Shown in pieces: positions 38,134 to 52,041 of a stretch of 64,000 bases of DNA. The notes beneath the pieces were generated by a model, which was not told where the DNA came from, did no database searches, and saw nothing but the letters and a program-made list of their open reading frames with translations. The stretch covers positions 6,946,001-7,010,000 of the forward strand of contig CM075998.1 in assembly GCA_038087875.1 (NCBI GenBank), written 5' to 3'. Position numbers and translations under genes: made by a program. Source of the DNA: Malacoraja senta. Taxonomy: Eukaryota. Each line of letters opens with the position of its first letter. Positions within the stretch are counted from its first letter, which is position 1.

Positions 38134-40302
38134 ACAATAGACAATAGACAATAGGTGCAGGAGTAGGCCATTCGGCCCTTCGAGCTCATGACTGCGTAGC
38201 CGGACATAGTGCGAACTCCATCATCAAGTTCGCTGATGACACCACTGTTGTGGGACGTATCACTGATGGGGATGAGTCAGAGTATAGAAGAGAGATCGAG
38301 CAACTGTCCATATGGTGCCAGCACAACAACCTGGCCCTCAACACCAGCAAAACCAAGGAACTGATTGTGGACTTTGGAAGGAGTAGGATGGGGACCCACA
38401 GTCCCGTTTATATCAACGGGTCGATGGTTGAAAGGGTCAAGAGCTTCAAATTCCTGGGCGTGCACATCTCTGAAGATCTTTCCTGGTCCGAGAACAATGA
38501 TGCCATTATTAAGAAAGCACATCAGCGCCTCTACTTCCTGAGAAGATTACGGAGAGTCGGTTTGTCAAGGAGGACTCTCTCTAACTTCTACAGGTGCACA
38601 GTAGAGAGCATGCTGACCGGTTGCATCGTGGCTTGGTTCGGCAACTTGAGTGCCCTGGAGAGGAAAAGACTACAAAAAGTAGTAAACACTGCCCAGTCCA
38701 TCATCGGCTCTGACCTCCCTTCCATCGAGGGGATCTACCACAGTCGCTGCCTCAAAAAGGCTGGCAGCATCATCAAGGACCCACACCATCCTGGCCACAC
38801 ACTCATCTCCCTACTACCTTCAGGTAGAAGGTACAGGAGCCTGAAGACTGCAACGACCAGCTTCAGGAACAGCTACTTCCCCACAGCCATCAGGCTATTA
38901 AACCTGGCTCGGACATAACACTGAACTTTACTAGCCAATACTGTTATTTGCACTTTATCAGTATATTGACCATTGTGTATATATTTATAGAATGCCTTGT
39001 AGTAAATGCCTACTATGTTCTGTTGTGCTCAAGCAAAGCAAGAATTTCATTGTCCTACCAGGGACACATGACAATAAACTCACTTGACACTTGACTTGAG
39101 CCAGCACCGCCATTCAATGTGATCATGGCTGATCATCCCCAATCAGTACCCCGTTCCTGCCTTCTCCCTATATCCCCTGACTCCGCTATTTTTAAGAGCC
39201 CTATCTAGCTCTCTCTTGAAAGCATCCAGAGAACCTGTCTCCACCGCCCTCTGAGGCAGAGAATTCCAGACTCACCACTCTCTGTGAGAAAAAGTGTTTC
39301 CTCGTCTCAGTTCTAAATGGCTTACTCCTTATTCTTAAACTGTGGCCCCTGGTTCTGGTCTCCCCCAACATCGGGAACATGTTTCCTGCCTCTAGCGTGT
39401 CCAAGTCCTTAACAATCTTATATGTTTCAATGAGATACCCTCTCATCCTTCTAAACTCCAGAGTGTACAAGCCCAGCTGCTCCATTCTCTCAGCATATGA
39501 CAGTCCCGCCATCCCGGGAATTAACCTTGTAAACCTACGCTGCACTCCCTCAATAGCAAGAATGTCCTTCCTCAAATTAGGGGACCAAAACAGCACACAA
39601 TACTCCAGGTGTGGTCTCACTAGGGCTCTGTACATCTGCAGAAGGACCTCTTTGCTCCTATATTCGATTCCTCTTGTTATAAAGGCCAACGTGCCATTCG
39701 CTTTCTTCACTGCCTGCTGTACCTGCATGCTTACTTTCATAGACTGATGTACAAGGACCCCCCAGATCCCGTTGTACATCCCCTTTTCCCAACTTGACGC
39801 CATTTAGATAGTAATCAGCCTTCCTGTTTTTGCTACCAAAGTGGATAACCTCACATTTATCCGCATTAAACTTCATCTGCCATGCATCAGCCCACTCCCC
39901 CAACCTGTCCAAGTCACCCTGCATTTTCATAGCATCCTCCTCACAGTTCACACTGCCACCCAGCTTTGTGTCATCTGCAAATTTGCTAATGTTGCTTTGA
40001 ATCCCTTCATCCAAATCATTGATGTTTATTATAAATAGCTGCGGTCCCAGCACCGAGCCTTGCGGTACCCCACTAGTCACTGCCTGCCATTCTGAAAGAG
40101 ACCCGTTAATCCCTACTCTTTGTTTCCTGTCTGCCAACCACTTCTCTATCCATGTCAGCACTCTACCCCCAATACCATGTGCCCTGATTTTGCCCACTAA
40201 TCTCCTATGTGGGACCTTATCAAATGCTTTCTGAAAGTCCAGATATACTACATCCACTGGCTCTCCCTTGTCCATTTTCCTAGTTACATCCTCAAAAAAT
40301 TC
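38134..40302 (-). mobile_element. CR1 3' fragment (tail 38134-38184, body 39101-40302)
   Basis: RT ORFs 39658-40275 and 39201-39803. The 3' UTR is interrupted at CTTCGAG|CCAGC. Confidence 0.92.
38185..39100 (+). mobile_element. Young Rex1/Babar-like LINE 3' fragment inserted in the CR1 3' UTR
   Basis: Open frame KFADDTTVVGRITDGDESEYRREI...KTKELIVDF...FRNSYFPTAIRLLN, then AATAAA and a (CTTGA)n tail. Confidence 0.88.
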
Positions 40303-42274
40303 TAGTGGTGGTGGGGAGAGTCAAAAACTTCACATCTCTGGGCATGCATACTGTATCTCTGAAGATTTGTCCTGGACCCAGCGCATTGATGCAATCATAA
40401 AGAAAAGCCCATCAACGCCTCTACTTCCTGAGAAGATTGAGATTTCTTATGTCAACAAATACACTCTTGAACTTCTACAGGTGTACAGTAGAGAGCATAT
40501 TGACCGCTTGCATCACTGCCTACTTCGGCAACTCGAACGCCCAGGAACGAAGAAGACTGCAAAAAGTGGTGAATACTGCCGAGTCCATCTGACCTCCCCA
40601 CCATCAAAGGGATGTACAGGAGTCGCTGCCTCAGAAAGGCAGCCAGCATCATCAGAGACCCACACTACCCTGGCCACACTCTCATTTCACTTCTGCCATC
40701 GGGAAGAAGGTATAAGAGCCTGAAAACTGTAACATCCAGGTTCAGGAACAGCTACTTCCCTACAACCATCAGGCTATTAAAAACTACAACCTCCAAATAA
40801 GCTCTGAACTACATTCATATGTTTTGGGACATTTGGCAATAAAACACTCTTGACTTGATTGTTTATAACTCATTCCCAGGTATCTGTTTATAAAAACACC
40901 CAACTACAATTAGATTGAGCCTCGATATCAGTTGTTACATCAGACTATGTCAGTAATGTCGGACTGAAGGGCTCCGACCCAAAATTAGAGCAGAGAATCG
41001 TGGACTCTGGGATCCTAGTGAAGACACCACGTAACAGCTCAAGCATAGCTGACAGTGTTTGAGACTCAGGACAGAAAGTGCCTCAGTAAAGCATTGCATG
41101 ATTAACTGTGTGTGTTCGTGTGTGTGAAGGTCTAACATTTCTGCTTTTGTTATCCGCTATATCACACATGTTTAGAAGCGATAAATTCTATTGTGCAATG
41201 ATTTAAGGAGCTTCTGCACACTTGTGTATAACAAGGGCAAGTTGCTCGCTCCAATACAAGAAACGTATTTTAATTTGGCTGTGGAGGTCTATTTATAATA
41301 TGTTCAGCGTTGGTGTACTGAGATCATCTTTTTTTTTTAAACTGTGTGACTTATAAAACTAAACTGCATGTTACAAGTTTGAGGATTTGCCTGAGGTATT
41401 CACTATTGCAAAACATGGAGTTGCGGTACAGCTTCTAGATACCCATTGATAATATCCATTTCCATATCCCTACCAGCTCACTTGATTCTAGACTGCTCAC
41501 TGACATTAGGTTTTGGGTAAGCTGTCATTTTTTTCAGGTAAATACTGGGAAGATTGAGGCCATGGTCTTTGGCACTCTTCTTTCTTTTATCATTGATTCC
41601 ATCACTTCAATCAGTATCTTCCTCACTGTAGGACTTTTGATTTTCACTTCCATAACACTGCCACCTCAGGCCATTTCATGCCGAAACTCTCATCTCTGAC
41701 TGTCACTTCAAGACTTGACTTTCCAATGTTCTTCTGGTGGTTTCCCACCTGCGATTGCCTTTAAACTTTAATTTATCCAAAATTCTTCCAGGATTAAAAA
41801 TGGCAATTGTATAGATCTAATTCCCATGAAGTAATTGATCTGAAACATTAACTGTTTCTTGCTCCAGAGATGCTACCTGACCTGCTGCACATTTCCAGTG
41901 TTTTCTGTTTTATTGCATATATTTACAGCACTTTTCACAGCTTCAGGCATTCTAATGTACTTCACGACCATTGAAGAACTAATGAGAAAATAATCTGTTT
42001 CAGAGAATGCAGTCTTGTTCGTTTTCACATCTTGTACAACATCGCCAACAATACAGCAATGATGTTTTCAGCATCCCCAACAGTACAGCAATGGTGTCAG
42101 CCTGGATTTTGCAGTAGAACTTTAAAAAATAATATGAAGTCTGCATGTACTTCCCATTGGGTTGGCGTGGGAGATTGCAACCTTCACGTGGTTCACCCTG
42201 TTTCGACGAATGCTATCAACCTGGCGTGCACAATCAGAAGATCAAACTGAACAAGTTGTCTTGGCGATCGAAGT

Positions 42275-42762
42275 TGTCTCGGAGGCTTGGCGATCGTTTC
42301 GCCGAACACCTCCGGTCGGTCCGCAATAACCAACCTGAACTCCCGGTGGCTCAGCACTTCAACTCCCCCTCCCATTCCGTATCTGACCTCTCTGTCCTGG
42401 GTCTCCTCCATGGCCACAGCGAGCAACACCGTAAATTGGAGGAAATGCACCTCATATTCCGCTTGGGCAGTCTACATCCTGGGGGCTTGAACATTGAATT
42501 CTCCCAATTCTGCTAGCCCTTGCTGTCCCCTCCCCTTTATCAGCCCTCTGGTTGTCTCCTCCCCTCCCCCAGCCCTCGGGCTCCTCCTCCGCCTTTGTCC
42601 TTTTTTCCTTTCTTCTCCCCACCCCCTATCAGTCTGAAGAAGGGTTTCGGCCCGAAACGTTACCTATTTCCTTCGCTCCATAGATGCTGCTGCACCCGCT
42701 GAGTTTCTCCAGCATTTATGTGTACCTTCGATTTTCCAGCATCTGCAGTTCCTTCTTTAACA
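42275..42762 (+). mobile_element. Penelope-like element 3' end: GIY-YIG endonuclease C-terminus plus terminal repeat with hammerhead-like core
   Basis: RRLGDRFAEHLRSV...PVAQHFNSPSHS...RKLEEMHLIFRLGSLHPGGLN, then CTGAAGA-GGG..CCC-GAAAC at 42634-42658. Confidence 0.88.
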
Positions 42763-43254
42763 AGTTGTCTTACAACTTCATTAGGCTGTTCACGCCATAC
42801 GCAAGAGGAGGAAGACTTCCCATGATTGGGTCTGACCACAAGTTATGTCCTTGCCCTACAACACAATTCAATAATACCATAACTAGATCTTTGGGTTGTA
42901 GTGGTGGAGAGGAACAGCTAAATAATATAAATTCAATTCTTGTGAAAATCCTAATCTTCTGTGACTTATCGCGTCATTTTAGACCAGTGGCCTTGGCTAC
43001 GGGGTCATGTTGGCAGCTTTAGACTATTGCTGCTGTGTATTGCGGCAGGTTGGCATATCTTAAACCCCTGTCCACTTGTGATGAAGGGTCACCGATGTGA
43101 AAACATTAATTCTGTTCTTCTCTCCACAAATGCTAACTGATCTGCTGGGTATTTTCAACAAATTCTATTTTTCTATCCCCACACAATTTCTTATTTTAAA
43201 AGTGATTTGACTATTGCACGGAGATTGATTCTAAACTGAAGAAGGCACTTTATG

Positions 43255-43690
43255 GAGTCGCGCCTCCCGCTCGAAAGGGAAGGGATTTTTTTCTTGCATC
43301 GATGTTCCCGCGTCTGGCGGTCACGTGGCACGGGGGCAGGCAGAAGTAATCGAGCGGGAGCTGGGCTGTCAGCGCTGGGCTGCAGAGATGGCGAGTGAGT
43401 ACCGGCCCGTTCGGGGAGAGTGGGGGAAGGGAGACGGAGATGGCTCGCCGCGCCGCGCCACAAAACTAACTCCTTAGCGGCGCCCAAATGGTTTCGGGTT
43501 AAAGCGCGCGGTTGCCGAGCAAAGTGGGCGGGGTTGTGGCAGCTCGTTGCAAGGGCGCCGGGAGACGCCGGGCGCGTGTGGAGCCGGGGGCTGGTCGGCT
43601 TCTCCTCGCCGGTCCCGGCAACTTTGTGGAGCTGCAGGGTTGCTGCTGTTGTGATCACGCCAGCGAGCCTCATCTACGCCATGTACTGTA
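43255..43690 (+). promoter_or_regulatory. CpG island / promoter of the HAT1-family gene
   Basis: GC- and CpG-rich non-repeat sequence around the candidate first exon, with E-box TCACGTG at 43321. Confidence 0.75.
43388..43394 (+). CDS. HAT1: HAT1-like exon 1 coding part (ATG GCG A)
   Basis: GAG ATG GCG A|gtgagt inside the CpG island. Phase 1 fits exon 2 and mirrors the short MA(G) first exon I recall for human HAT1. Confidence 0.7.
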
Positions 43691-44259
43691 GGGGTACAGC
43701 TCTTGTTACTCGAGGTGGAACGTTTTAAAGTTTACTCCGCCCCATTTGAATTTATATAGCGCATTTCCGGACACCTCTATAAACACTTGATGGTCAAACC
43801 TGTACTTTAGAGAAGTATACTGTGGCCAGTTTACACATCAAGATCCCTCTGGTAAAGAATGGGAAGATTTCAATGAGCTTGATTGAGTGGGAAATGTCAA
43901 AGAAAAGCTTGACCTCTTAAAGAAGACGTAAACATAAATAAGGTTGTACTTCAGTGGCGTCTAAATTAAGCCAACGGATTTAGAAAGTACGAAGCAAGCA
44001 GGGAAAGACCATCAAGCCGTAGGTCTGATTATTCCTCTAATAACTGATGCTTGTGTACCTCTCAGATTGGAAGATTACAAGCACGTTGGAATAGGAACAT
44101 TTGTTTTAATTACATTTGACAGATTGACATTCTGATTTCTACATAGAACTGTTGTTTCATATTGAGACTTTGATAATAGTGTCACCAACTGAGGGCTGTT
44201 TGAAGATAATGTAATTATTTGGGTAGTTTGGAAATTATTGTTTACATTTACTCAAAATA

Positions 44260-45170
44260 CAGTGTCCTCTATAATGTTTGGGACAAAGACCCATCATTTA
44301 TTTATTTGCCTCTGTACTCCACAATTTGAGATTTGTAATAGAAAAAAAAATCACATGTGGTTAAAGTGCACATTGTCAGATTTTAATAAAGGCAATTTTC
44401 ATACATTTTGGTTTCACCATGTAGAAATTACAGCAATGTTAAAACATAGTCCCCCCATTTCAGGGCACCATAATGTTTGGGACACATTAATGTCATGTAA
44501 ATGAAAGTAGTCATGTTTAGTATTTTGTTGCATATCCTTTGCATGCAATGACTGCTTGAAGTCTGCGATTCGTGGACATCACCAGTTGCTGGGTGTCTTC
44601 TCTGGTGATGCTCTGCCAGGCCTGTATTGCAGCCATCTTTAGTTTATGCTTGTTTTGGGGGCTAGTCCCCTTCAGTTTTCTCTTCAACATATAAAAGGTA
44701 TGCTCAATTGGGTACAGATCGGGTGATTGACTTGGCCACTCAACAATTGACAATTTTTAAGCTTTGAAAAACTCCTTTGTTGCTTTAGCAGTATGTTTGG
44801 GATCATTGTCTTGCTGTAGAATGAACCGCTGGCCAATGAGTTTTGAGGCAGATAGGATGTGTCTATACACCTCAGAATTCATTATGCTACTACCATCAGC
44901 AGTTGTATCATCAATGAAGATAAGTGAGCCAGTACCTTCAGCAGTCATAAATGCCCAGGCCATAACACCCCCACCACTAGGGACTATGTATAAACACTGC
45001 TGTAATTTCTACATGGTGAAACCAAAATGTATAAAAATACCCTTTAATAAATTCTGACAATGCACTGCAACCACGTGTGATTTTTTTTCTATTACAAATC
45101 TCAAATTGTGGAGTACAGAGGCAAATAAATAAATGATGGGTCTTTGTCCCAAACATTATGGAGGGCACTG
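44260..45170 (-). mobile_element. Internally deleted Tc1 element of a second family (911 bp)
   Basis: TA|CAGTGTCCTCTATAATGTTTGGGACAAAGAC...GTCTTTGTCCCAAACATTATGGAGGGCACTG|TA. Transposase remnants QQDNDPKH and WPSQSPDLYPIE. Confidence 0.93.
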
Positions 45171-48100
45171 TAAGATGTTCAGGGACTGAATTTGTTCTTG
45201 AAAATAAAGGAAAAACTACACACTGAAATGAGTTGAATTGCCATACCTGACATTTATATTGACTAAGTGTGCGCTTTAAAATATGTCACAAATAAATACG
45301 GATCAGTTTCATTGTCATTCTGAAGAAACTCCCAAATGTTCCAGCAGACTTTAATTCCAGCAATATGAGCAGGATGCAGGGTATTCTTTATGCTAGAAAT
45401 GGAACCATTAGCTATGTTCTTTTGTTGCAAATCCCTGCCTTGATGTGGACCCTTTTATATTTAGACCCTTTATCGTTATGACATGACTGTCTCACTGGCT
45501 GTATTTTTCTATTTCCGCACTCTTTAGGATATCCCTGGGAACCTAGCAACTTCCAAGTGTGTGTTTTTTAAATTGTGTGTCTCTTCTGGACCCAACTACT
45601 TTTGTCTAGCATCCTTTCTGCCTTGTACTGGCTTTACCTTGTTTAACACTCAACACTGCTATGTTGTCAATAAACAGACCTGCCTATATCCTTAACACTT
45701 GCACTATTACATAGCTATTTTAAGAAACTGCCTTGATGATTAACTGATACTTGGCAGTAATACACTATAATAAATTGTTGGCAACATTGCATTTAAAAGC
45801 TTACAGAAGGTTCCTGGTTAGCCACATGCACCTTTTTGCCTCTGCTTCTTTGAATTGTTTTCATATTGGGTTCCCCAAAATCTCTGTATTTCCCCAAATG
45901 CCATGTTGGTGTAAGTAGAATATTATATATTTTTATAACATTAAAAATCTTATCTATATTTCCTGTCAACTTTTTCCACTGTTTAAATATGTTCTTATTT
46001 ATAATGGAAACTGCTCATCTAAACATTTCACAATGAAATTGAACTCTTGTCCCTCATCCTTCCTCCCACTTCCAGTGGTCAGTCCACATGCCTGACACTA
46101 AATTCTCAAAATAGTTGCTCTGCTCCAAGCTACGTCACAGCAAGGGAATTTCACCAGGTTAGAAAATAATTTAAGGGCTTTTTGTCGATCCCCTTTAAAA
46201 ATGTAACATTCTCACTGGAATTCCCAGAGTGGTGTTCACTCTGAAGGTCCATCCAGGAAGACACAGAGTACCCTGAGGCTCTACAGCCGGAGTACACACA
46301 ACATATCAAACAACCCACTCTGTTAAGCACCACCTGCCCCAACATTGCTGCGTGGGCCACCTTGATAACTTCAGAACCCACAGAACTGGAGTTATCCTCG
46401 ACCCTGTCGTCTCACCTTAGTAGGAAGACCCAACTGCCATTGGCTGGATGATGTTGCTACAGCATAAAAGTTATCTTGGGATTTTCCGTTTATAAATTTG
46501 GATAAAGGGATGTCTTCTAAGAATGCAAACTTACAAAAATGCCTGCCTTTAAAATTGATATTGAATTGCATCTACATGGTTTGAGTCAATTATTCCCTAA
46601 CCTTTGATCTTCTTCAGCTGAAAGCTATATTTTGCCTTTATTCCATCGCACCATAGGAAATTGTTTGAATTAAAATGATATTAAAGATAGAATTAAAAAA
46701 TCCTATGTAAAAACATCTTGCATTTAAAATACCGAATGTGCTTGGGCCCCTCTTAATTTGTTTTTGGGATGTGGGTAAGTAACCATTTGTATTTTTGTAA
46801 ACAATCTAGCATGTTCACAAATTCAATTTCATAATTTTCAACAGTGGAATTTGAACAAGTGGCCTGTGCTGCGAGAATGTAGTGTTTGTGTGATCTGAGC
46901 GTATATTTGAGCCTTCACCTGCTTTAAAATTCTCTCAGAATTGATTTCTGTTTGTAGTTGAGAACTGGACGCAATAATTAGAAAGTACAAATGATCCTGA
47001 GGAAGAATCTTAGTTTAATGTTCAGTTTTTCCTGTTCAGTCATTTCTGGGTTTTTAATATTCTTGTTTATCTACTGGTTTAATCATTGGAAACTATTGGA
47101 AGATTATCGGGTTTGGGAAAGGGTAGTTGGTTAGGATTGACCCATTCAGCACACAACCGTATGTTGGCCTGGATTAAAACTAAGGAAAGACACAAAATGC
47201 TGGAGTAACTCAGCGGGTCAGGCAGCTTCCCTGGAGAACATGGACAGGTGACATTTCGGGCCAGGACTCTTCTTCAGATGTCTGAAGAAGGATCTCGACC
47301 CGAAACATTGCCCATTCCTTCTCTCCAGAGATGGTGCCTCACCCGCTGAGTTACTCCAGCATTTTGTGTCTACCTTCAATTTAAACCAGCATCTGCAGTT
47401 CTTTTTTACACAGGAACTAAGGAAAGTTCCTCAGTGGTTGCAGTTGGTAATGATATATAGCTTCTGGGTCTGTGGCCTCTTTTCACTGCATATTAATGAT
47501 TTGGATATGTCAACGTGTCAAGACTATACCAAGGATAGTGATTAAATGAGGGAATGTCAAGGGGTCAGATGGAATTCACTGTAAATGAATGTGAGTTAAT
47601 GCATTTTTTTCTTTCCATGGATGTACTCTAATTGGAAGTGGCTACAATGTTGTGCATGAAGAGAGATTTTGGGGGGGGTGGGGGAACCAGTTCATAGAAA
47701 GCAAAATTTTGGGTTAATAAGATTGTGTTTAATTAATAAAAACACACAAATGGAGTTGAGACCATAAGAAATGGGATCAGAGGAGGCCATTCCTCAGGGC
47801 TACTCCATCAAGGCTAATTCAATTTCCCTCGGATCTACATTCCCGCACCCTCCCTGTAATATTTGATTTCCTAGCTGATTAAAGATTTTCTCAACTTAGA
47901 ATATATTTAAATATTGGCCTCCACATCTTTCTAGGATACGGATTTCCAAATATTCTCAAACCTTTGTGAGGAGAATTTTTTCCTTACCTCCGTCCTACAT
48001 GTTACCATTTAATCTGAGACTGCCGCAATGGGAAAAATCCTCCCAGCATTTACTCTGTCAAGTTCCCTATGAATCCTGTTTCAATTAGGTCAGCTCTCAT

Positions 48101-49721
48101 TGTTCTAAACTCCAGTGGTATAGACCCAATCTGTTCAACCTGTGGGAGTGAGGGTATGTTTTGTAAATATTGGCCAATATCTGGCTTTCTGCTGAATGAA
48201 CATTTGGAAAGTTGGACCATATCAGTAAAGTGAGGGCTGCTGTCAACCAATATTGAGGGCACAAATGGAAAATTTGGAATGGAAGACCACCAGGTCCCAG
48301 GCCGTGTATGATTTCCTTACAAAATCCTCTAGTTCTCATACTTTTTTACTCACTCTAGTATCGCTAGCGAGATAAGAATTTAATGCTCACCCCATAGGTG
48401 ATGGTGAGCTGTTGCCTTCGAATGCTGGTGATGGTACTACACAGTGCTGTACGCTAAGGAGTTCCAGATTATGACTTTGACACAGTGTTCCAAGACTGGG
48501 TTCCAAGACTGGATGTTGTCTGAAAATAGACATAAAAGCTGGAGTAACTCAGCGAGACAGGCAGCATATTTGGAGAGAAGGAATGGGTGACATTTCCGGT
48601 CGAGATCCACGGAGTTTGGAGATGGTGTGAAGGGAATGTGATGACTCTGCTCTTCTAGGTGGTTATTGTATGGCACTAATGTTGCTTGCCACTTTTCAGT
48701 TCATGTCAGAATGTTGTTTAGACCTTGCTGAATTCCAGGGCTCTGTTTGGTGCTCAGTGATATGACCTAAAGTGTATCAAATTGGCAGAAGGTTGGATTC
48801 TGTGACATTGGAAATCCCAGGAGGAGGCCAAGATGGATCTTTCAACTCTTCTGGTAGTTGTGAAGAATTTGGGTTTTCTTTTGCACTTATTTGCCAGACT
48901 ACTCTGCCGTTAAATATGGGAATGTCCTTCGAATCGTTAGCTCCTCTGATTTACTTAAGCTTTGTCCTCCATTCACGACTGGTGGGTTCAAGCTACAGAT
49001 CTTTGAGCTGATATATTAATTGTGAAGTTGCTTTGTTCTGTATGCTGTTTCCACTGTTTAGTACAAAAAGGTGTTGAACCCTGCTTTCCTCCCTTTTTCT
49101 CTTCTCCATTCTCAGAATTTAACATTCTTGGATCAATAGAACAGCACAGGAACATGCCCATCGTCCCACAATGTCTGTGCCGAACATGATGGCAAGTTAA
49201 ACTAATCTCCTTTGCCTGCATGTGATCCATATCTCTCCACCCTGCATATCCATGTGCCTATCCCAAAAACGATTAAATGTCACTATAGTATCTGCCCCCA
49301 CCACCAACCCAGGCAGCACATTTGCAAACCTCAGTCCATGTGCCCTGGAACACATTCCCAATAATCTCCTTTCCTAAAAATTAAACTTCCTTCCCAAATA
49401 TCATTAGATTCTAGGATCTGACTCCCAGTGACTCCAGAACGGGTTTTAGTTTAGGTGGAGCTCTTGGAATCTCCTTTTAATATTTGAGAACCTTCCAAAT
49501 ATCAGTAGATTATGGAACTCCATCTTACTGCTTTGAAATGACCAAATCACCTCTAATGATGATATCAATTCCCTGGTAATATTACTTCTGTTCTTATTAA
49601 ACCTTGTTACATGCGTGTTTCTCCGTATAACATTTCCATTGACGCAATTCTCTCCTTATTGAATCACAGCGATGTCTATGTCACGTGTTAACTTTTTTTC
49701 ATCTGGTTTTATTTTCAATAG

Positions 49722-49793
49722 ATCTTTTGAACCTGGAAAAGAAGTTAGCAGAATACAAATGTGATACCAATAAGGCCATTCGGCTGAAGTTAG
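49722..49793 (+). CDS. HAT1: HAT1-like exon 2
   Basis: LLNLEKKLAEYKCDTNKAIRLKL, compared with human VEKKLAEYKCNTNTAIELKL. Canonical AG/GT. Confidence 0.92.
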
Positions 49794-50307
49794 GTATGTG
49801 CTTCAAAAACACTGTTATCTAGCGATGTGCATGCTGTCTCCATTGGTGGAGGAGAGGCAAAAGCAAAGGGAAATATGTTGAAAACACAAAATGCAAAACA
49901 GCAGGTCAGGCAGCATCTGTAGCAAGAGAAATTGAGTTAATGTTTCAAATTATAAATGGAGAGTGTTTCCGACATTTTTGTTTAAAAAAAATCAGATATC
50001 CACCATCTGTAGCGTAGGATTTTATTTTCATTTTCTGGGGAATGCTATTGACTTCAACTGAGCTGTGTTGGTTGAATTAGGAATAAAATTGGGTGGGAAA
50101 ATGGTAGTACACTGCTGATTTGTTTATGATGGTATCCAGGGCAAACCTTATTGCCATAGAAGATAGTTTCTAACAGGTCCTGAGATTCACAATTTCTCTA
50201 CCTATTGAAGTTCTAATGTAACTATCAGGTAGTAATAAATTCAGGTCAGTGTGTTTTCCTCCAAAGCAGAGAGTCTGCTTGATGTTTTTTTTCCCCTGTG
50301 TTAACAG

Positions 50308-50383
50308 TTCGATTTGCTGAAGACCTGGAGGATGAGACAACAAGCTTCAATCCGTTGTACAGTCACCAAGTATTCGGAGATGA
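50308..50383 (+). CDS. HAT1: HAT1-like exon 3
   Basis: VRFAEDLEDETTSFNPLYSHQVFGD, compared with VRFPEDLENDIRTFFPEYTHQLFGD. 76 nt, phase-compatible. Confidence 0.92.
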
Positions 50384-51390
50384 GTATGTGCCATGTTTAA
50401 TCAGTAACACTGAATCCATCAAACATGTTTTTTAATGTCTAATGTGCAAGCTGCAGCAAGATGGGCTGGTTTTGAAGTTGCGTCCAGAATTGGCCGATCT
50501 TGGTTGTTTTATGTTCCTTCGGTTCGAGTTTGCATGATTTAGTACTATATCAGCTGCTGATTGGTTGGCAGTGCTGTTGTCTGTACAGCCTTAAGATTTT
50601 GTGTAGTGTTTGGCTATGAAGTGTTTTGTAGCATCCTGCAACCATGGAGTTTGCAACCATTAAGACTTGCTACATAGTTGCAAGTCTTAATCTTCTCATG
50701 CTTGTACTACTGATTGAATTAGTGAATGGTTTATAGCAGTACAATTTGCATTGATTTGCAAACGGATCAACGTTAAATGTGTGACTTTAAAGACTGGTGT
50801 GTGCAAAAGGGATTTTGATTTATGTAGCTATTGATTTGATATAGGTTTGGGTCAGTGTCCTGGTAAATCAAATAACCAAGGCAGTAGACAAGGTTTTAAA
50901 CTAAATATTGGGATGGGGCAGGAATTTAGAAAATTAGTTTGTCAGCGTGGGCAAGTTGAGCTGAAGGGCTTGTTTCCATGCTGTATGACTATTAAAAAGT
51001 GTGATGTAGTGATATGGTTGATTGCAAGCAGGGTGTGACAGTAAAGGTAAAACTTCCGGAGTAAATAGGATCAAAGTGGAGAAAGGTGGCAGATTGGTAA
51101 TCTCAGAGTAAAGTATCTTCTGACGAAGAGTGATCATAATGTGATTTTAAAAAATCCATTCTGGTTGAAAGTAACAAATGTAAGTGCAAAACGTGAATAG
51201 AGACAATTACACAGGCATGGGGGACAAATTGACTAAAGTAGATTGGGAGATTGTATTAAGTAGATAAGCAGCAACAGACATTGAAGAAATACTTCATAAT
51301 TTCCAATGAATGTGCATTTGAAGAATGCAGTTGTTGAGAAATGGACTCTTTGTGAGAAACGATTCATCCATGGCTACATAAAACACAAAA

Positions 51391-52041
51391 TAGACAATAG
51401 ACAATAGGTGCAGGAGTAGGCCATTCGGCCCCTCGAGCCAGCACCGCCATTCAATGTGATCATGGCTAATCATCCCCAATCAGTACCCCGTTCCTGCCTT
51501 CTCCCCATATCCCCTGACTCCGCTATTTTTAAGAGCCCTATCTAGCTCTCTCTTGAAAGCATCCAGAGAACCTGCCTCTGAGGCAGAGAATTCCACAGAC
51601 TCACCACTCTCTGTGAGAAAAAGTGTTTCCTCGTCTCCGTTCTAAATGGCTTACTCCTTATTCTTAAACTGTGGCACCTGGTTCTGGACTCCCCCAACAT
51701 CGGGAACATGTTTCCTGCCTCTAGCGTGTCCAAGCCCTTAACAATCTTATATGTTTCAATGAGATACCCTCTCATCCTTCTAAACTCCAGAGTAAACAAG
51801 CCCAGCTGCTCCATTCTCTCAGCATATGACAGTCCCGCCATCCCGGGAATTAACCTTGTAAACCTACGCTGCACTCCCTCAATAGCAAGAATGTCCTTCC
51901 TCAAATTAGGAGACCAAAACTGCACACAATACTCCAGGTGTGGTCTCACTAGGGCTCTGTACAACTGCAGAAGGACCTCTTTGCTCCTATATTCGATTCC
52001 TCTAGTTATAAAGGCCATCATACCATTCGCTTTCTTCACTG
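51391..52041 (-). mobile_element. CR1 3' fragment (650 bp) inserted in an older plus-strand CR1 relic
   Basis: ORF 51542-52150 carries the CR1 C-terminus. Degenerate CR1 sequence continues on both sides. Confidence 0.92.

Larger units (their letters stand above)
37882..40858 (+). mobile_element. Older Rex1/Babar-like LINE 3' fragment split in two (37882-38133, 40304-40858) by nested insertions
   Basis: GAPQGCMLSPLLY and KFADDTTVVG on the left. The reading continues after 40304 (SEDLSW, RFRNSYFP) and ends in a CTTGA tail. Confidence 0.8.

Noticed and set aside
43191..43728. 160-aa and 102-aa ORFs in the CpG island, and an alternative start ATG at 43681
   Set aside because: GC-rich stop-poor frames with no recognisable homology. 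The alternative donor (gtacag) is weak and unsupported.
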